DNA from: Octopus sinensis
Taxonomy: Eukaryota
Assembly: GCF_006345805.1 (NCBI RefSeq)
Contig: NC_043000.1
Location: 14,694,001 to 14,758,000, forward strand
DNA length: 64,000 nt
Direction: 5' to 3'
The position numbers and the translations under genes are program-made. The number at the start of each line of letters is the position of its first letter. Within the stretch, counting starts at the first letter, position 1. The notes under the pieces are model-generated. The model was not told the DNA's origin and ran no database searches. It worked only from the letters and a program-made list of their open reading frames with translations. Positions 1 to 13,216 of the stretch are shown one piece after another.

Positions 1-1733
1 ATCGGTCCACCTATAAATGTAAGCAAATATTGTACAACAGGAAGAACTCACTGTTGCAAACAGTGTTAGTAGTAGTAAAGCTGATAAATGTTAGCTGTAC
101 TGAGTAAAACTTCTACATTGGCAGCTGAATCAGTGTGATCTTATCTATAACTCAAGATATGATCACCCATTGGTAGATACTTCCGCTCATGTGAAATTTA
201 ATTGGTTGAATCATCTAACAACAGATGTAAGGATCAGCTAAGGAAGGAAGGAAGATATATCAGAGAGAGAGACACTTGATAGGTCAGCGGCCCTCATAGT
301 TTAATTCTTCCTTATCCTCACTGTTATAAGCTGTTTAAAGTATTATATTAATTGAAGATTAATGTTCTAAGATTTAGATTGTGCTTCATGGCCTCTTTGA
401 GCTAGCATATTGTTTGAAGTAAAAATGGAAAGGTCAGTTGAGAGAGGGAAATAGAAGACAAATTAGGTTAAGAAAAAAATTCTCTTGTAAATGATTTATT
501 TCAAGAACACGTCTTTTGTTTTCTTTTGTTGCTATGTTTTTTAACCTCAGTTTTATTGTAAATGGGGCTGAGTTTCAGAAGCTTTGGATATTTTGAAATT
601 TTAGATGACTCATTAGAGTAAATATATTTTATAGCTTAGAATATGTTTTAAGACTGGCTATTCAACTTTCATGTTTAAATTTCTAAAATGAGTTGTTGCG
701 ATAGTAATTACGATTTTCCAGCCTGTTAACTTCATTTTTCAGAAAAGAAGGTCAATGCTTGTAACTTTTGTAGTTTTGTTGGTTTCTCTTAGAAATTGGG
801 ACAATTTCTATTGATTTTTTTTTTTTTTTTTATATATATATTGGCTCAAAGAGGAAGGGTATAGTCGATTGAATCATCTCAATTTATCAGGAGATACCTG
901 ACCCTCTTATCCAATACTCAAATAACTGGAACTTTCAAGCTACCAGCATTCAGAAAAAAAAAGTAAAAAAGAAAATGTGTTAATTTGTGCTAATTTGTGT
1001 TCATTAATTAGTTGTTATTAATAGCCATCTACTGTGTCTAAAATGGCTTGTTGCTTCTCAAAGTACAGTACAATATATTCTTTTACTTGCATTGTAACTA
1101 GTGATGTATAACAACATTTACAATACCTAAACTTATTCCACACTTAAATTATATTTTTATTTCTTCCTATTTCTCTCATTTCTACTATATTTAGAATATT
1201 AATGATAACACTGATGAATATATAGAATTTTAATGACTTCTGCAAGATGCAATGGTCATTTAAAGTGATGGTCAGAGATGGGGAAAATTCAGTTATCCAG
1301 CATCCCTTTGGGGCCAGTGATGATGGATAGGAGGTAGTTTACTGTACCCATCATTTTCAATCTCAGACAGATAGAAAGTGCTGTAAAGGGACACAAGTAC
1401 TACAGGGTATTTTGTCTGGTGTTCTTTATTTCTGCAACTTCACCACTGAGTTAGAATTGTTGCCAGTTAATGACTACAGTAGAGTATGGGACTACCTGGT
1501 TGTAGGTTCAAATCTGCAGTAAAACTGTTTAATTTATACTGATTCAGTTCACCTAACTGTCAACAGCTGATATGAGAAGCTTGGTTTAGCTGACTGCTAT
1601 TCTAGACTGAAGTATATATGTTTAAAACAATAGGATCTCTCTGTGGTAGATATATAAGCAATATTTCAAATGTTAGCTGTATATAAGTTCAGTAAAAACT
1701 TAACTGGCTGTTATTGAATGTTGAAAGTACTGC

Positions 1734-1963
1734 TTAACTCTTTAGCATTTAAACCAGCCATATCCAGCCAAAAGTATTCTGCCTGTTTTATGTTCAAACT
1801 GGCCAGATCTGGTCTCTCACACCAACCCTACAATATCGTTTTAAAAATTAACAGCTACCTCATCAAAATCTCGTAGTTACAAGATAATGCATGATTAGTT
1901 CAAAACAATGTGGATAAAAAAGTGATTAATTTTGGCAGAATAATGCGAACACTAAAGGGTTAA
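1734..1963 (+). mobile_element. piggyBac-type MITE, family D (about 225 bp, TTAA TSD)
   Basis: TTAA-C(C/T)CTTTAG...CTAAAGGG-TTAA; nine related copies in the window. Confidence 0.85.
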
Positions 1964-1989
1964 GGTTTCCTTCGAGTTAGATCTTGTGG

Positions 1990-2260
1990 ATATTGGTTTT
2001 CCTATGTTGCATATCATTGGTTGCTTGTTCTTGGAAACTTCAGCAAAAGCAATGTTGTTGCAGCTTAAATTCAATTCTGTTGTGTCCAGTATAAATTCCT
2101 CTGGCAAAGTTTCCCATTTTTGGGTTTCATTGATCTCATGTCTCTTAGATCACAAGTTTTACTGCAGCATACATCCACAGGGTGCTTTAACATTCCAGTA
2201 GTGGAATGGTACCCAAGAATACAGATTTCAATTCTCAAAACTGACTGCATTGTTTCCAAC
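1990..2260 (-). mobile_element. Possible very old Tc1/mariner transposase C-terminal remnant
   Basis: Fragments GMLKHPV and KWETLPEEFI in different minus frames resemble the Tc1 C-terminus. Weak. Confidence 0.25.
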
Positions 2261-2936
2261 TTTGTCCTTGTTGGTTACTTTTAATTCTGTTACGGTGATT
2301 CTGAGTAATAACTCAAAACCTCCAACCAAGCACCAACAAGTCTTTATACGTTCTAAACAAATATGTCAGTAAACTGATTATTTTCATGTTCTATTGGTCT
2401 GTTAGTGATTAAAAAAGAAATGGAAGTGTGACAATTAATCTTGGATTACAAAGTTTATTTGTAAACAATGTATGTATGAATATAAAATGCTTTATGAGTA
2501 CTAATACATTCTTATATACCATGTAACAACACTTTTGTACCAATCCACCCAGAACCACTTTTGCTTCTATCAAAACAAAAATGTTTCTTTTACAATATTC
2601 ATATTAAATTAAATCTTTTTATCACAATTTTTAAGTTAATTCTACTTACTTCACTAAATCTTCATATCCTTGATTTTTAAAAAATTAATTGATATGCATA
2701 ATAATCAAAAAGTTGAATTGTTATCCAAACATGTATTTCTGTATAAACTTGAGGTATATTATATACCTTGTAAACAAGGTATATAATATACTTAATATGT
2801 AGACAATAAATCCAAAATAATTTTGATGTAAAATATTTCACATTAGTTTTTAATTTAAAAGTCTATTTAAATCAGTTGATTAATTTGTTTGATCATTAAC
2901 ATAGTAAATGTAAGTTAAGTAATACAAGTTCACTAT

Positions 2937-3067
2937 GACATACAAAGAACTACTTTTGAAGCCTTGTCTGTATGTAGCCTTAGAAATGCATTTTTATCAT
3001 ATTGTCCGTATGGTGTACAGATCTGTGTAAAACTGCAGCACCATTTAGTGACAAAGATCTGTTGAAG
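2937..3067 (+). repeat. About 130-bp local duplication, copy 1
   Basis: tgacatacaaagaact...tgttgaag repeated at 4241-4376 with scattered substitutions and a small indel. Confidence 0.85.
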
Positions 3068-4240
3068 TGGAGGAGTGAAAGTAATCCAGTAGTGTTGTGG
3101 TGGGTGTACAGTAATGCTTGTAGTCAGTAATTTCAACATTTTCATGCTTCAAGTGAATGTAAGAATTTGCATTGAAGCAGCAACATATGTGTAAGTGACA
3201 GAAATATATATGTATATATATTGTCTTTGAAAGTATATGTGCATACGTGTGTGAGAGATGTGTGTTCAAATAAAAATGGTTTTTGGATGTCAGAGTGACA
3301 CAAGATAAAACAGAGACAAGTGGTGATTGTTAAAATCAGTAAATCCCTCCCTTCCTGTCTCGCTACCTGATTTAGTTTGGTGCACTGATTCTGTTGTTGA
3401 TCTAGTAACATATTTACAACACATAACTCTCTCACCTTTCACACACATACTTTTTTTGCATACATACACCATTCTCTCTCGCTCGCTTGCTCTCCCTTGC
3501 ATACATACATGCACAGATAAAATGTAATGAAATGTAAGCATATATTGAACAAGTCGAAAGAAAATAAATAAATGTTCATATTTCAGGCATTGCTTTCCTT
3601 CTCTATTTTGCTCTTCCGTTGGCAACTTGATGTTTCAATGTTTTGCATTCACATCTTGCCAACACTAACTTTTTCTACTACGCCTTTTCGAGTGACAGGT
3701 AAAGTCAGTGTTGATTAGATTTGAGGTTGAAATATTTAGTATCTGTAATGTATTGTGGACTATCAATCAACTGTATTCCATCCCAACGAAACCATAACCT
3801 TAAGCCAATGTAAGCAACAATTGTTGTTGTTGAATGAACCATGTCAATGTTCTCAGGAAATACATAAGTTATAAAATAAACCAATCAGGTTGCAGGGGTG
3901 ATTATCTTCACTGAAATCTCCTTTACAAATTTGTGGCTTATCTATAAAAATCCACCCCCTAAACACCACAATTATTGTCAAAGACAAGGCAGTGAAATGG
4001 AACAAATGGTGAAGTGCCATACAAAACCTCACAGCATTATATATTTATCCAATCAGGGTCAACTTTGCCTTTTGTTTCTCTAGGATCTCTTCTTATCATC
4101 CTTGTGCTGTTACAGAAAAAAAAATGATTGTTATTTACAAAGGCCTGTGTATTTATCATAGACTTAAACCATCACCTGGTTTAGCCTCACCACCACCTGT
4201 CCTATTTATTGAATGAATGTTTAGTAAGACAAGTTTTCTG

Positions 4241-4376
4241 TGACATACAAAGAACTGCTTTTGAAGCCCTGTCTGTGTGTAGCCTTAGAAATACATTTTT
4301 ATCATTGCTATTGTTTGTATGGTGTATAGATCTGTGTAAAACTGCAGCACCATTTAGTGAAAAAGATATGTTGAAG
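4241..4376 (+). repeat. About 130-bp local duplication, copy 2
   Basis: See copy 1. Confidence 0.85.
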
Positions 4377-6748
4377 GTATATTTGAGAACACTATGCCGC
4401 AAGCAGTTAAACTTACTCTGGTCTGAGGTTACCTTCGTCTTCTGACTAAGTCTTATGAAAAGATAAAGATTGGAACCATACAATGGTTTGATAATTTAGT
4501 TCCAAGTTGAGTTTACGTTAGTGCTGACTTCATTTTAAAGATGCAAATGGCATTTAAAGTATGCTTATCTAGGATTTAATAGAGATGAGTGGAGAGAGAT
4601 TGTGTATGTGTGTGTGCATGCTATCTTTGGATAGGGTACCAGTTTGTCACAGGTTACCTGTTCCTACAGCTAGATGAAGTGAGACAATGTGGAACAAAGT
4701 GTTTAGATTCACATTGAAATGCCTGTTGTGGATTTGAATAAAGCATATGGAGCTGATACTTTGTTACCATATTTGCTTGGCCATTTTTCTTTTGCAAAGT
4801 ATGTATCTGTAATACATTTGAGTTTTACATGCCATCGCCTGAAATATTAGCTGTTTCACCTTAAAGAAATAATTATAATTAATTTTTTTATGTTAATCTG
4901 TTGAGAGGGTCAGCTTGAGTAATTGGGTTGAACTGAAACCCTAATAATAATGCCTCCTGTCAAGAAACAGGAGGCATAAATACTAATCAAGGACTAACAC
5001 TTCATTAGTATTTATTGCATCAGTCTTGGAAATACAAAAAGCAAAGTCAGCCCTTGTTTAAATTGGACCCAGAACATAAATGGACTTAACTAAATACAAA
5101 GCATTTCATCAAGCATTCTACCAAATCTGCCTTTAATACTACCCTTTTAATAATAATAATTGGATGGTACAGTGGAAAGTCCTAGAAAACTGAAGTCTGT
5201 AGTCTCAATGGAAGCAGTATTTTTTTATTATAACTGCCTTAGGAAAAGCATCCTTGTTTAAACTTTGTTTTATTTTGTCCTCCTATAATTATTTTTTCAG
5301 GCTGTTAGTGTAAATTGTTAGGACTCATATTTTTAGCTTCCGCTATTTACTGAGGAGAGCAAGAGAGTAATATGTGTTGCTGTGTTGTGAGGTGGTGGTG
5401 TTTCCCTGTAGCAGCATGTGCTTTTGGTGCCAAAAACAGACTTGCTGGTGCTGATTTAGTTTCTCCCTAATTCTTTTATATGTTTGTTGCTGTTTGTTTC
5501 TTTGATAATAGGTAGGTATGGTTGTGAGAGATGCTAGGTGGGTGTGTGAAGTGCCAAAGATGGCAGTAGGCAGGTTTACAGGTTGCCAGGTTGGTGTTAA
5601 TGGTAATTTGGTCTGTGGGAGGAGAGAGAGAGAAAGAGTGAGTGAGAATGATGTAATTAGCTCACAGAGGTGGCAAGATGCATGTGAATGTAGAACTAAT
5701 TTGAAGGAAAGCAAGCATCAAATGATCTTACTCCATCCCATCTCCATGTACACACTATGTGTCTACATTGCTGTTTTTCCTGTAAAACCAATTTCCTGAA
5801 ACTTCTCCTCACAAAACACTCTTAGAACATCCATAGTATTATTAGAGGGAACGTTAAAACGGGATACATTACCATAGACACAATAATTGGAAGTAAAAAC
5901 ATTTGTCTGCAGTTGAGGGTGTTTTATACTTCTCATATACATGTCTGTATGTAGTAAATGATTTCTAACATAAATAATATTCATTATTATAATATGAGGA
6001 AAATTACAGAACATTATAATGCATTAACAGTATCTAAAACCTAAAACAAATCGAATAAGAGGAATTCATGATTCAGTTGTAAGTCCTACAGGCTCCCATT
6101 TGGAACTCAGTCTCCGCTTTTAGAAGAGGACTAGAAATATATTGAATTAAATAATCACATATACATATGGGTATTTTCCATAAACATTCCAACCCATGCT
6201 AGCATGGAAAGTGGATGTTAAACGATGATGATGATGATTCTTGGATGTGTGTGTGTGTTGTGTGTGTGTGTGATGAGAATATATTGTCTGTTAAGCTATG
6301 TTATCTGTAATATACACACAATGCTTACGTTTTCATTTCATACTTATATATGTATCTGTGGGTGTAAAAAGAATTTGTATAAAGGCATGTGTATTTTTAT
6401 TTTGTGTTTATGAGTGCACACACACACACGTGTCTGCATACTTTCTTTCTCACTACATACATACGTACATACATGCACATAGACACAATGTATATAAGCC
6501 TACACACACTGATAGAGTTACCATTCCCATTGCACTGTTAATTTGATATTCCTTAGAACTAATTCATTATTTGATAATTGTAATTCTTCATTGGCAGTAA
6601 AGTTGTTCTTCCACCCCCAGGCTCGTGTATGTGAGTGTTGCCACAAAGTTATGGTATCTTCTAAGTTTCTAGCTTCATCGGATGAGTCATAGAGTTGATG
6701 AGGAATTTGACTACTGGTTTTACTTGTATGAATGTATGTGTGTGTGTG

Positions 6749-6779
<31 letters not shown>

Positions 6780-6973
6780 GTTTGTATGTGCGTGTATGCA
6801 TGCATGACCAAATGGTTTAAAAGTTTGCTTTACAGTCAGGAGTTCCTGATTCAATCTCAATGCCTGGCATTTTGAGCAAATGTCTTTTATCATAGCTTCT
6901 GGTCATTCCCAATGCTGCAGGTGTAATTCAAAGGGTCGACATTGTCACAGGCTGTCCCTCAGGAGTACATTAA

Positions 6974-7029
<56 letters not shown>

Positions 7030-7307
7030 ACATGTGAATTTTTTTCTTTGTTATATCCAAGTCGGGTGGGAGGGCAGTGTCTATTACTCTTTCCTGAGCC
7101 TCTGAAACTGAGGTGAGAGAGGGTGGGTGTATCCTTAAACCAGAGATATAGCTCAAATGTTTTACATACATTTATATATATATTATATACAATGACCATT
7201 TAGTTTCCATTTGCCAAATCCACTCACAAGGCTTTGGCTGCTTGAGTTTACAGTACAAGACACTTGCTTAAAGTAACATGTGTTTATTCATAAGCATGGA
7301 TTTATGT

Positions 7308-7551
7308 ATCATCATCATCATCATTGTTTAATATCCGTTTTCCGTGCTAGCATGGGTTGGACGATTCGACCGGGGTCTGGGAAACCAGAAGGCTGCACCA
7401 GGCTCCAGTCTGATCTGGCAGTGTTTCTACAGCTGGATGCTCTTCCTAATGCCAACCACCCAGCTGTAGAAACACTGCCAGATCAGACTGGAGCCTGGTG
7501 CAGCCTCCTGGCTTCCCAGACCCCGGTCGAACCATCCAACCCATGCTAGCA
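7308..7551. mobile_element. SINE family C 3' part with an inverted self-duplication
   Basis: Arms 7345-7436 and 7460-7551, 23-nt spacer; (CAT)n tail on the left only. Confidence 0.85.
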
Positions 7552-7594
7552 TATGTATATAATATTTTGCATGTGTGTTTGTGTTCATATATTC

Positions 7595-7634
<40 letters not shown>

Positions 7635-8169
7635 GTCCCCACATATAAAGTCTGTTGAGAGATTTTTCTGTATAACGATCTGCATAGCCCAGTGGAAGAT
7701 CACCTAAAAACATATTTTAATTTGTTCATCTTTGAAAACACACACCCACATCCATCATCATTTTAACGTCCACCTTTCCATGCTTGCATGAATTGGATTG
7801 GTTGGAATTATTGAAGCAGATCTATGGGTGGGTGCCCTTCCTGTTTGCAAGTAAGGTTTTATTTTCCCCCATAAATGAACATGTTTTCATGGTAGATTGG
7901 AACTGAATAACATTGCTTCTCAGATGGTTAGGCTCATTCTACAACTTTTTCAGAATGTCAAGACAAGGAGGCACACAAAGGGCTTCTTTCAATTCCTGCA
8001 TACCAAATCCACTCGCAAGGCATTGTTTGGCCATGGGCTTATAGTAGAAGTCACTTGCCCAAGGTGTCGCACAGTGGGACTGATCCCACAACCCTGTCAT
8101 TGGGAAGCAAGCTTCTTACCACACAGCCACACCTGTGCCTATATATTTAGTAATATTAGACAACCCATT

Positions 8170-8372
8170 CTTTTCAACTGTAGGCATAAGGCCTGAAATT
8201 TTGTGAGAGGGGTCCAGATCGACCCCAGTATGCAAGTGGTATTTAATTTATCAACCCTGAAAGGACGAAAGGCAAAGTTAACCTTGGTGGAATTTGAGCT
8301 CAGAATGTAAAAACAGACGAAATACTGCTAAGCATTTCACCCAGTGTGCTAACGATTCTGTCAGCTTGCCGA
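8170..8372 (-). mobile_element. SINE family B (alternative tail)
   Basis: Reverse copy; similar copies at 11575-11790 (+), 44670-44860 (-) and 57880-58345. Confidence 0.75.
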
Positions 8373-8803
8373 CATAAGTAATATTAGACAAACTGTGTCA
8401 AAGAGTTCTTATGATGTGGACAGCAGCAGTAAGGGAGATCAGCATTAGTTTGTTAGTATTTTGCATAATTTCTTCTTCTGACATGCGACATACTGTACAC
8501 CAGTTTAGGATATACATTTAAGAGAGAGTGCAGTTGTCCCTGCACAGACTTTCTTCACTTAAAACAGCCATTTGTTCAGATTGTTCAGTAACAATGCACG
8601 TATGTGTGTGTGCGTGTGTGTGTGTGTGTGTATTGACATGTATACCTATATGTATGCACATGAATTACATATATACATACACATGCACATCAAAGCTGAC
8701 ATTGGAGCTTGACGTAGCCCTCTCTGCAGCTTGCCAGATTCTGTCCAACCTTTGCCAACATTTAAATGATGATGATGCTGAAATGTATGTGTGTGTGTGT
8801 GTT

Positions 8804-8850
<47 letters not shown>

Positions 8851-8911
8851 TAACTTACTGTTCTGTTAGGGTAAGATCAGCCAAAAAAGTACTCTATCCA
8901 GTGAGCAATAA

Positions 8912-9169
8912 ATATTACTTAATGCACACTGTATTAGAATTAGAGCTACTAATAATATCTTGTCATCATGACATGTGGTTAGGCAGATTTTTAAAACCAA
9001 CCATGCGTCTCCAAACAATCTACAGGCTCTGAGCACTATGTATCATACTTAGAACCCGAAGATTGTTTGGAGGCACAAGGCAAGTTATAAAAACCTGCCT
9101 AACCACATGTTTTAATAGTAAGAAACTATTAGTAGTTCTTATTTTAATACAGTCTACATGAAATTATAT
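8912..9169. repeat. Older, diverged long inverted repeat between (TG)n and (TA)n
   Basis: acatgtggttaggcag / ctgcctaaccacatgt and ctccaaacaatct / agattgtttggag pair symmetrically around about 9041. Confidence 0.75.
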
Positions 9170-9543
9170 ATATATATTACATATGTATACATAATTTTGT
9201 TTATTCATGTATATGTGTATATAATTGTATGTGTATGAACACACACATACATGAAATACACTATATTCTCTCATAACATATTCAGACTATCATTTATTAA
9301 TACACACATATACAGGCAAAGAAAATATCTGTTACACACATATTTATGAATGTACATAAACAAATACTTGCTTATTTGCAAGCACATACACAGATAGACA
9401 CTCACACATACACAGACTTACTGTGTAAATGGGAACCTTGTATAAAGTCTAAGGAATGTTGGTTTGGAATTTTATACTTCTGGGATTCTTAGCTTTGTAC
9501 AGATGAGAAGCGCTTAATACAAGATCTTTTAGTTGTAACCAGC

Positions 9544-9910
9544 GAGAAGTTCGTTATTGTGGGTGATTGAGTCTTGACAAGGAAAATTCATTGATGTGGG
9601 TGAGCATAGCTTGTTGAGAAGAGTCCATAGATTTGGATGTGTATAGCTTGTAGGGAAGAGTTCATTGTTTTGGGTGAGTATAGCTTGTTGGGAAGAGTTG
9701 TTTTGGGTGTGTATAGCTTGTAGGGAAGAGTTCATTGTTTTGGGTGTGTATAGCTTGTTGGGAAGAGTTCATTGTTTTGGGTGAGATAGCTTGTTGGGAA
9801 GAGTTCAGTGTTTTGGGTGAGTATAGCTTGTTGGGAAGAGTTCATTGTTTTGGGTGAGTATGGCTTGTAGCGGAGATTTCGTTGCTTCTAGTGAGTATAT
9901 CTTCTTGAGG
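9544..9910. repeat. 37-bp minisatellite, about 10 units
   Basis: Unit gagttcattgttttgggtgagtatagcttgttgggaa (starts at 9728 and 9765, for example); degenerate at both edges. Confidence 0.9.
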
Positions 9911-10324
9911 ATGTAATTCTGGATGATACTAGCTCATTTATGGATGAAAGTATTATAAACTGTACCTACATTATTAGGAAAAGTTTCCGTTTTCGATTAA
10001 GCCAATAATTTGATTTAATTACTGTTTAATGATGGTACTTATCTGATAGATGCTGATTTGAATTGAAACCAGACACATAAAAAATTTTACAAGTATCATG
10101 AAATGAGGTTTTCTTTCAGTAGCACAGAATTTGCTAGCATTGCTGAGAGGTCAGTGTTCAGATGTTTGCACTATACTGAATACCAAATAAAATCTTTTAT
10201 TTTCAAAGAACTTCTCATCTTGCTCTCTGAAAGATCTCAAGGATATAGTTTGCTGCTCTAAATGCCAACAACATTACATAGCTGATATTGTCCATTTTAT
10301 TCATTTATTTTAAAAAATTTATGG

Positions 10325-11034
10325 CAGTGGTTTTCAACTTGAGTTTAAATGTTCCTTGGTGGGGACCATATAAGATTTTATACATAATTTAGATTGGACG
10401 GATATGTGTCCTCTTGTTTGTTGTTACCACAACTTTTCAGCTGATTTACTCTCCAGCCTTCATCAGGTATCCTGGTAGGAATTTTGAACCCAACCCTGGG
10501 TTGTTGTTGTTATTATTCTTTATTCAAGGCACTGCCTGGAATTGGGGTTCGTAGCCCACACTCTTAATCATTACACTATATGCCTGTGGGCAATTATAGA
10601 GTGAATTTTAGGGCTTATAAACATATTTTCTTATCCTTCCTTAATACCAGTTCCCATATTCTACTCATATCTGCACTAGGTCTGCTTAGGAGGTTATTGT
10701 GTCCTAGCATATGTGCTGCCTCTTTTAGCTTTCATATTTTTCAGTGGTGTTTTCTGTCTATTATTTTAACAACAAACAAGATGACATGTATCCATCCAGT
10801 GTAAATAATGTACAGAATTCCTCCTCTCTAAAATATAGAACATATAAGATTTTGTTGTTAAAATTTATGAGCGATAAATTGATTATACTTTTATATCATA
10901 CATAATATTTTAATGATTTTTTTAATACAATTCCTAATAAATATTTTTTTAAATGATGAATAGCTATGAGAATTCACCCGAGTGAAATAAGAATCAAAGG
11001 GGGTCCATAGATAAAAAATGATTGAGAATCACTG
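10325..11034. mobile_element. hAT-type MITE interrupted by a 461-bp insertion
   Basis: TIRs CAGTGGTTTTCAAC / ATTGAGAATCACTG; flanking 8-mers atttatgg and ctttatag (degenerate TSD). A related left end lies at about 46238. Confidence 0.65.
10380..10840. mobile_element. Fold-back insertion with 13-bp TSD and hammerhead-like core (probably Penelope-derived, non-autonomous)
   Basis: TSD catataagatttt at 10367-10379 and 10841-10853. Imperfect IR at about 10381-10426 and 10767-10813. CTGATGA..GAAA on the minus strand at 10466-10435. Confidence 0.7.
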
Positions 11035-11802
11035 CTTTATAGTGCCAAGTTAAAATAATGTAAATCTTTGCTGTGTATCTCTTCTTGATACACTAAATTA
11101 CTGTACATTTTTTATGCAAGCAAAAATCCAGAGAATATTTGAAGGAGTGGACTTAAGGTGTGATATTTTACAAAAATCTTTTACAAAGTGGTAGAATTTG
11201 TAAGATAGTGAGAATATCCGCTCATAAATTCTGTGTTAATTGTGTATTTAAATAAAACGCTTTTACATTTCCTCATTGAATATAGTTAGCAGCATTTAAC
11301 AGAAAGCAGATTATCTGGGAATTAACTGTGAGCAGCTGCCATGCTAACCAAAGGGTATATCTGTTCAACACTATGAAACTGAAGTTAAGCACCAGCCTTT
11401 AAAAACTCTCAGAGCTTAGGTATTTTTGCATCATGCTTTAAAAATATGTCAGACATCCTTTCATTGTCTACATTTAACATCATCCCAGTGAAGTAATAGT
11501 GAATGTAGTCTGTTTTACTCTTTCCTAAAATGGGTGGCCTTATGTCTACTTCAGAAATCATTAAATTAGGTTATGGTGGCGAGCTGGCAGGATCGTTAGC
11601 TCGTCAGACAAAATATTTACTGACATTTCTTTCATCTATGTTTTGAATTCAAATCCCATCAAGGTCAACTTTACCTTTCATTCTTTTGGGGCCTATAAAA
11701 TAAAGTACCAGTCAGGTACTGAGGTCAATGTAATTGACTTGCCTATTCCCCTTATTATTGCTGGCATTGTGCCAAAATATGAAACCATTATTTATCTCCG
11801 GC

Positions 11803-12193
11803 CTCAGCATTCAGATTACTCTGTCAAATCATCATCATCATCATCGTTTAACGTCCGCTTTCCATGCTAGCATGGGTTGGACGATTTGACTGAGGACTGG
11901 CGAACCAGATGGCTACACCAGGCTCCAATCTTGATCTGGCAGAGTTTCTACAGCTGGATGCCCTTCCTAACGCCAACCACTCTGAGAGTGTAGTGGGTGC
12001 TTTTACGTATTTATTCATAGTTTTGAATTACTTGTGCATTATTTCATAGCTTTGAAATTTTGATGACGTAGCTGTTAATTTTAAGAATGATATTGCATGG
12101 TTAGTGAGAGATGGCAGATCTGGCCACCTTGAACATATAAAGCATGTAGAATATTTGAGCCAGATATGGCCAGTTTAAATACTAAAGAGTTAA
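11803..12193 (-). mobile_element. MITE family D, old copy interrupted by a SINE family C fragment (11829-12008)
   Basis: Reverse-complement match to family D on both sides of the SINE. Confidence 0.7.
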
Positions 12194-12220
12194 ATCAGAT
12201 TCCAACTTACTTATTCTTTT

Positions 12221-12422
12221 CTTTTCTTTAATTCTTTTATTTGTTTCAGTCATGCTGGAGCACCGCCTTTAGTCGAGCAAATCGACCCCAAAGCTTATTC
12301 TTTGTAAGCCTAGTACTTATTCTATCGGTCTCTCTTGCCAAACTGCTAAGTGACGAGGACGTAAACACACCAGCATCGGTTGTCAAGCGATGTTCGAAGG
12401 ACAAACACAGACACACAAACAT

Positions 12423-12462
<40 letters not shown>

Positions 12463-12622
12463 GGGTTTCTTTCAGTTTCCATCTTCCAAATCCACTCACA
12501 AGGCTTTGGTCGGCCTGAGGCTATAGTAAAAGACACTTGCCCTTGGTGCCACACAGTAGAACTGAACCTGGAACCATGTGGTTGGTAAGCAAGCTACTTA
12601 CCACACAGCCACTCCTGCGCCT
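12221..12622 (-). mobile_element. tRNA-derived SINE family A (CORE-like centre, internal (TA)n/(TG)n)
   Basis: A box TGGCTGTGTGG, B box GGTTC.., CORE-like ccttgggcaagtgtcttct, tail gaaacaagtaaaagagta. More than 20 full or partial copies in the window. Confidence 0.85.
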
Positions 12623-13070
12623 ACTTGTAAATATATTTCATACCAATACTTATTCTTTGCTGAGACAAAAAAAAAAAATGTCAAGTAAGCAATTTCAACA
12701 ATCACATACTAGGCGATTGGCTTAATTCTACACCCATGTGTGGAATCCCCATGCCATTTGAGTTTTAGGGGTTCTGAACTTGTAACTGAAATTTAGTCTA
12801 TGCATTTAGTGATAGATGTAGCAGTAAAGTAATTCATGACCTCTAGATTTCAAACATTTTTGTCATGTTTACATATCATTGTCTAAAATATGTACATTCC
12901 AACACTGTGAAAACATTACATTTTTCTCCAAAAATGTTTTGTTGATCTATTTAGTTTTGCATTGTGCGTTTGTCTTTTATACTAAAGGTCAGTAATTTTT
13001 TACCAGATTCTGAAAGCAGCGTGTGAGCGTGCATACACACACACACAAGTGATGTAACTATGCTATAAAA

Positions 13071-13216
13071 CAAGCGTGGGCAACCTTTTTTGAGAAGGGG
13101 GCCAGGTGGGGCATGGCTAATCATCAGGTGGGCTACACTTCTAAAAAGATTTGAAGTAATTTTTCATTAGGTCTGCTGTTAAGAAAGTCTCACAGGCTGT
13201 AGGTTGCCCATGGCTA
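13071..13216. mobile_element. Short hAT-type MITE
   Basis: caagcgtgggcaacct ... aggttgcccatggcta imperfect TIRs; TSD decayed. Confidence 0.55.

Noticed and set aside
5290-5520. Possible upstream non-coding exon (ttttttcAG ... AG/GTAGGT)
   Set aside because: Splice-like signals alone are too common to support an exon without transcript data.
6660-6690. Minimal hammerhead-like CCGATGA-agcta-GAAAC on the minus strand
   Set aside because: The first core box is altered and no flanking stems could be supported.
9544-9910. CRISPR-like appearance of 37-bp repeats
   Set aside because: Units are head-to-tail with no unique spacers, there are no cas genes, and the context is eukaryotic.
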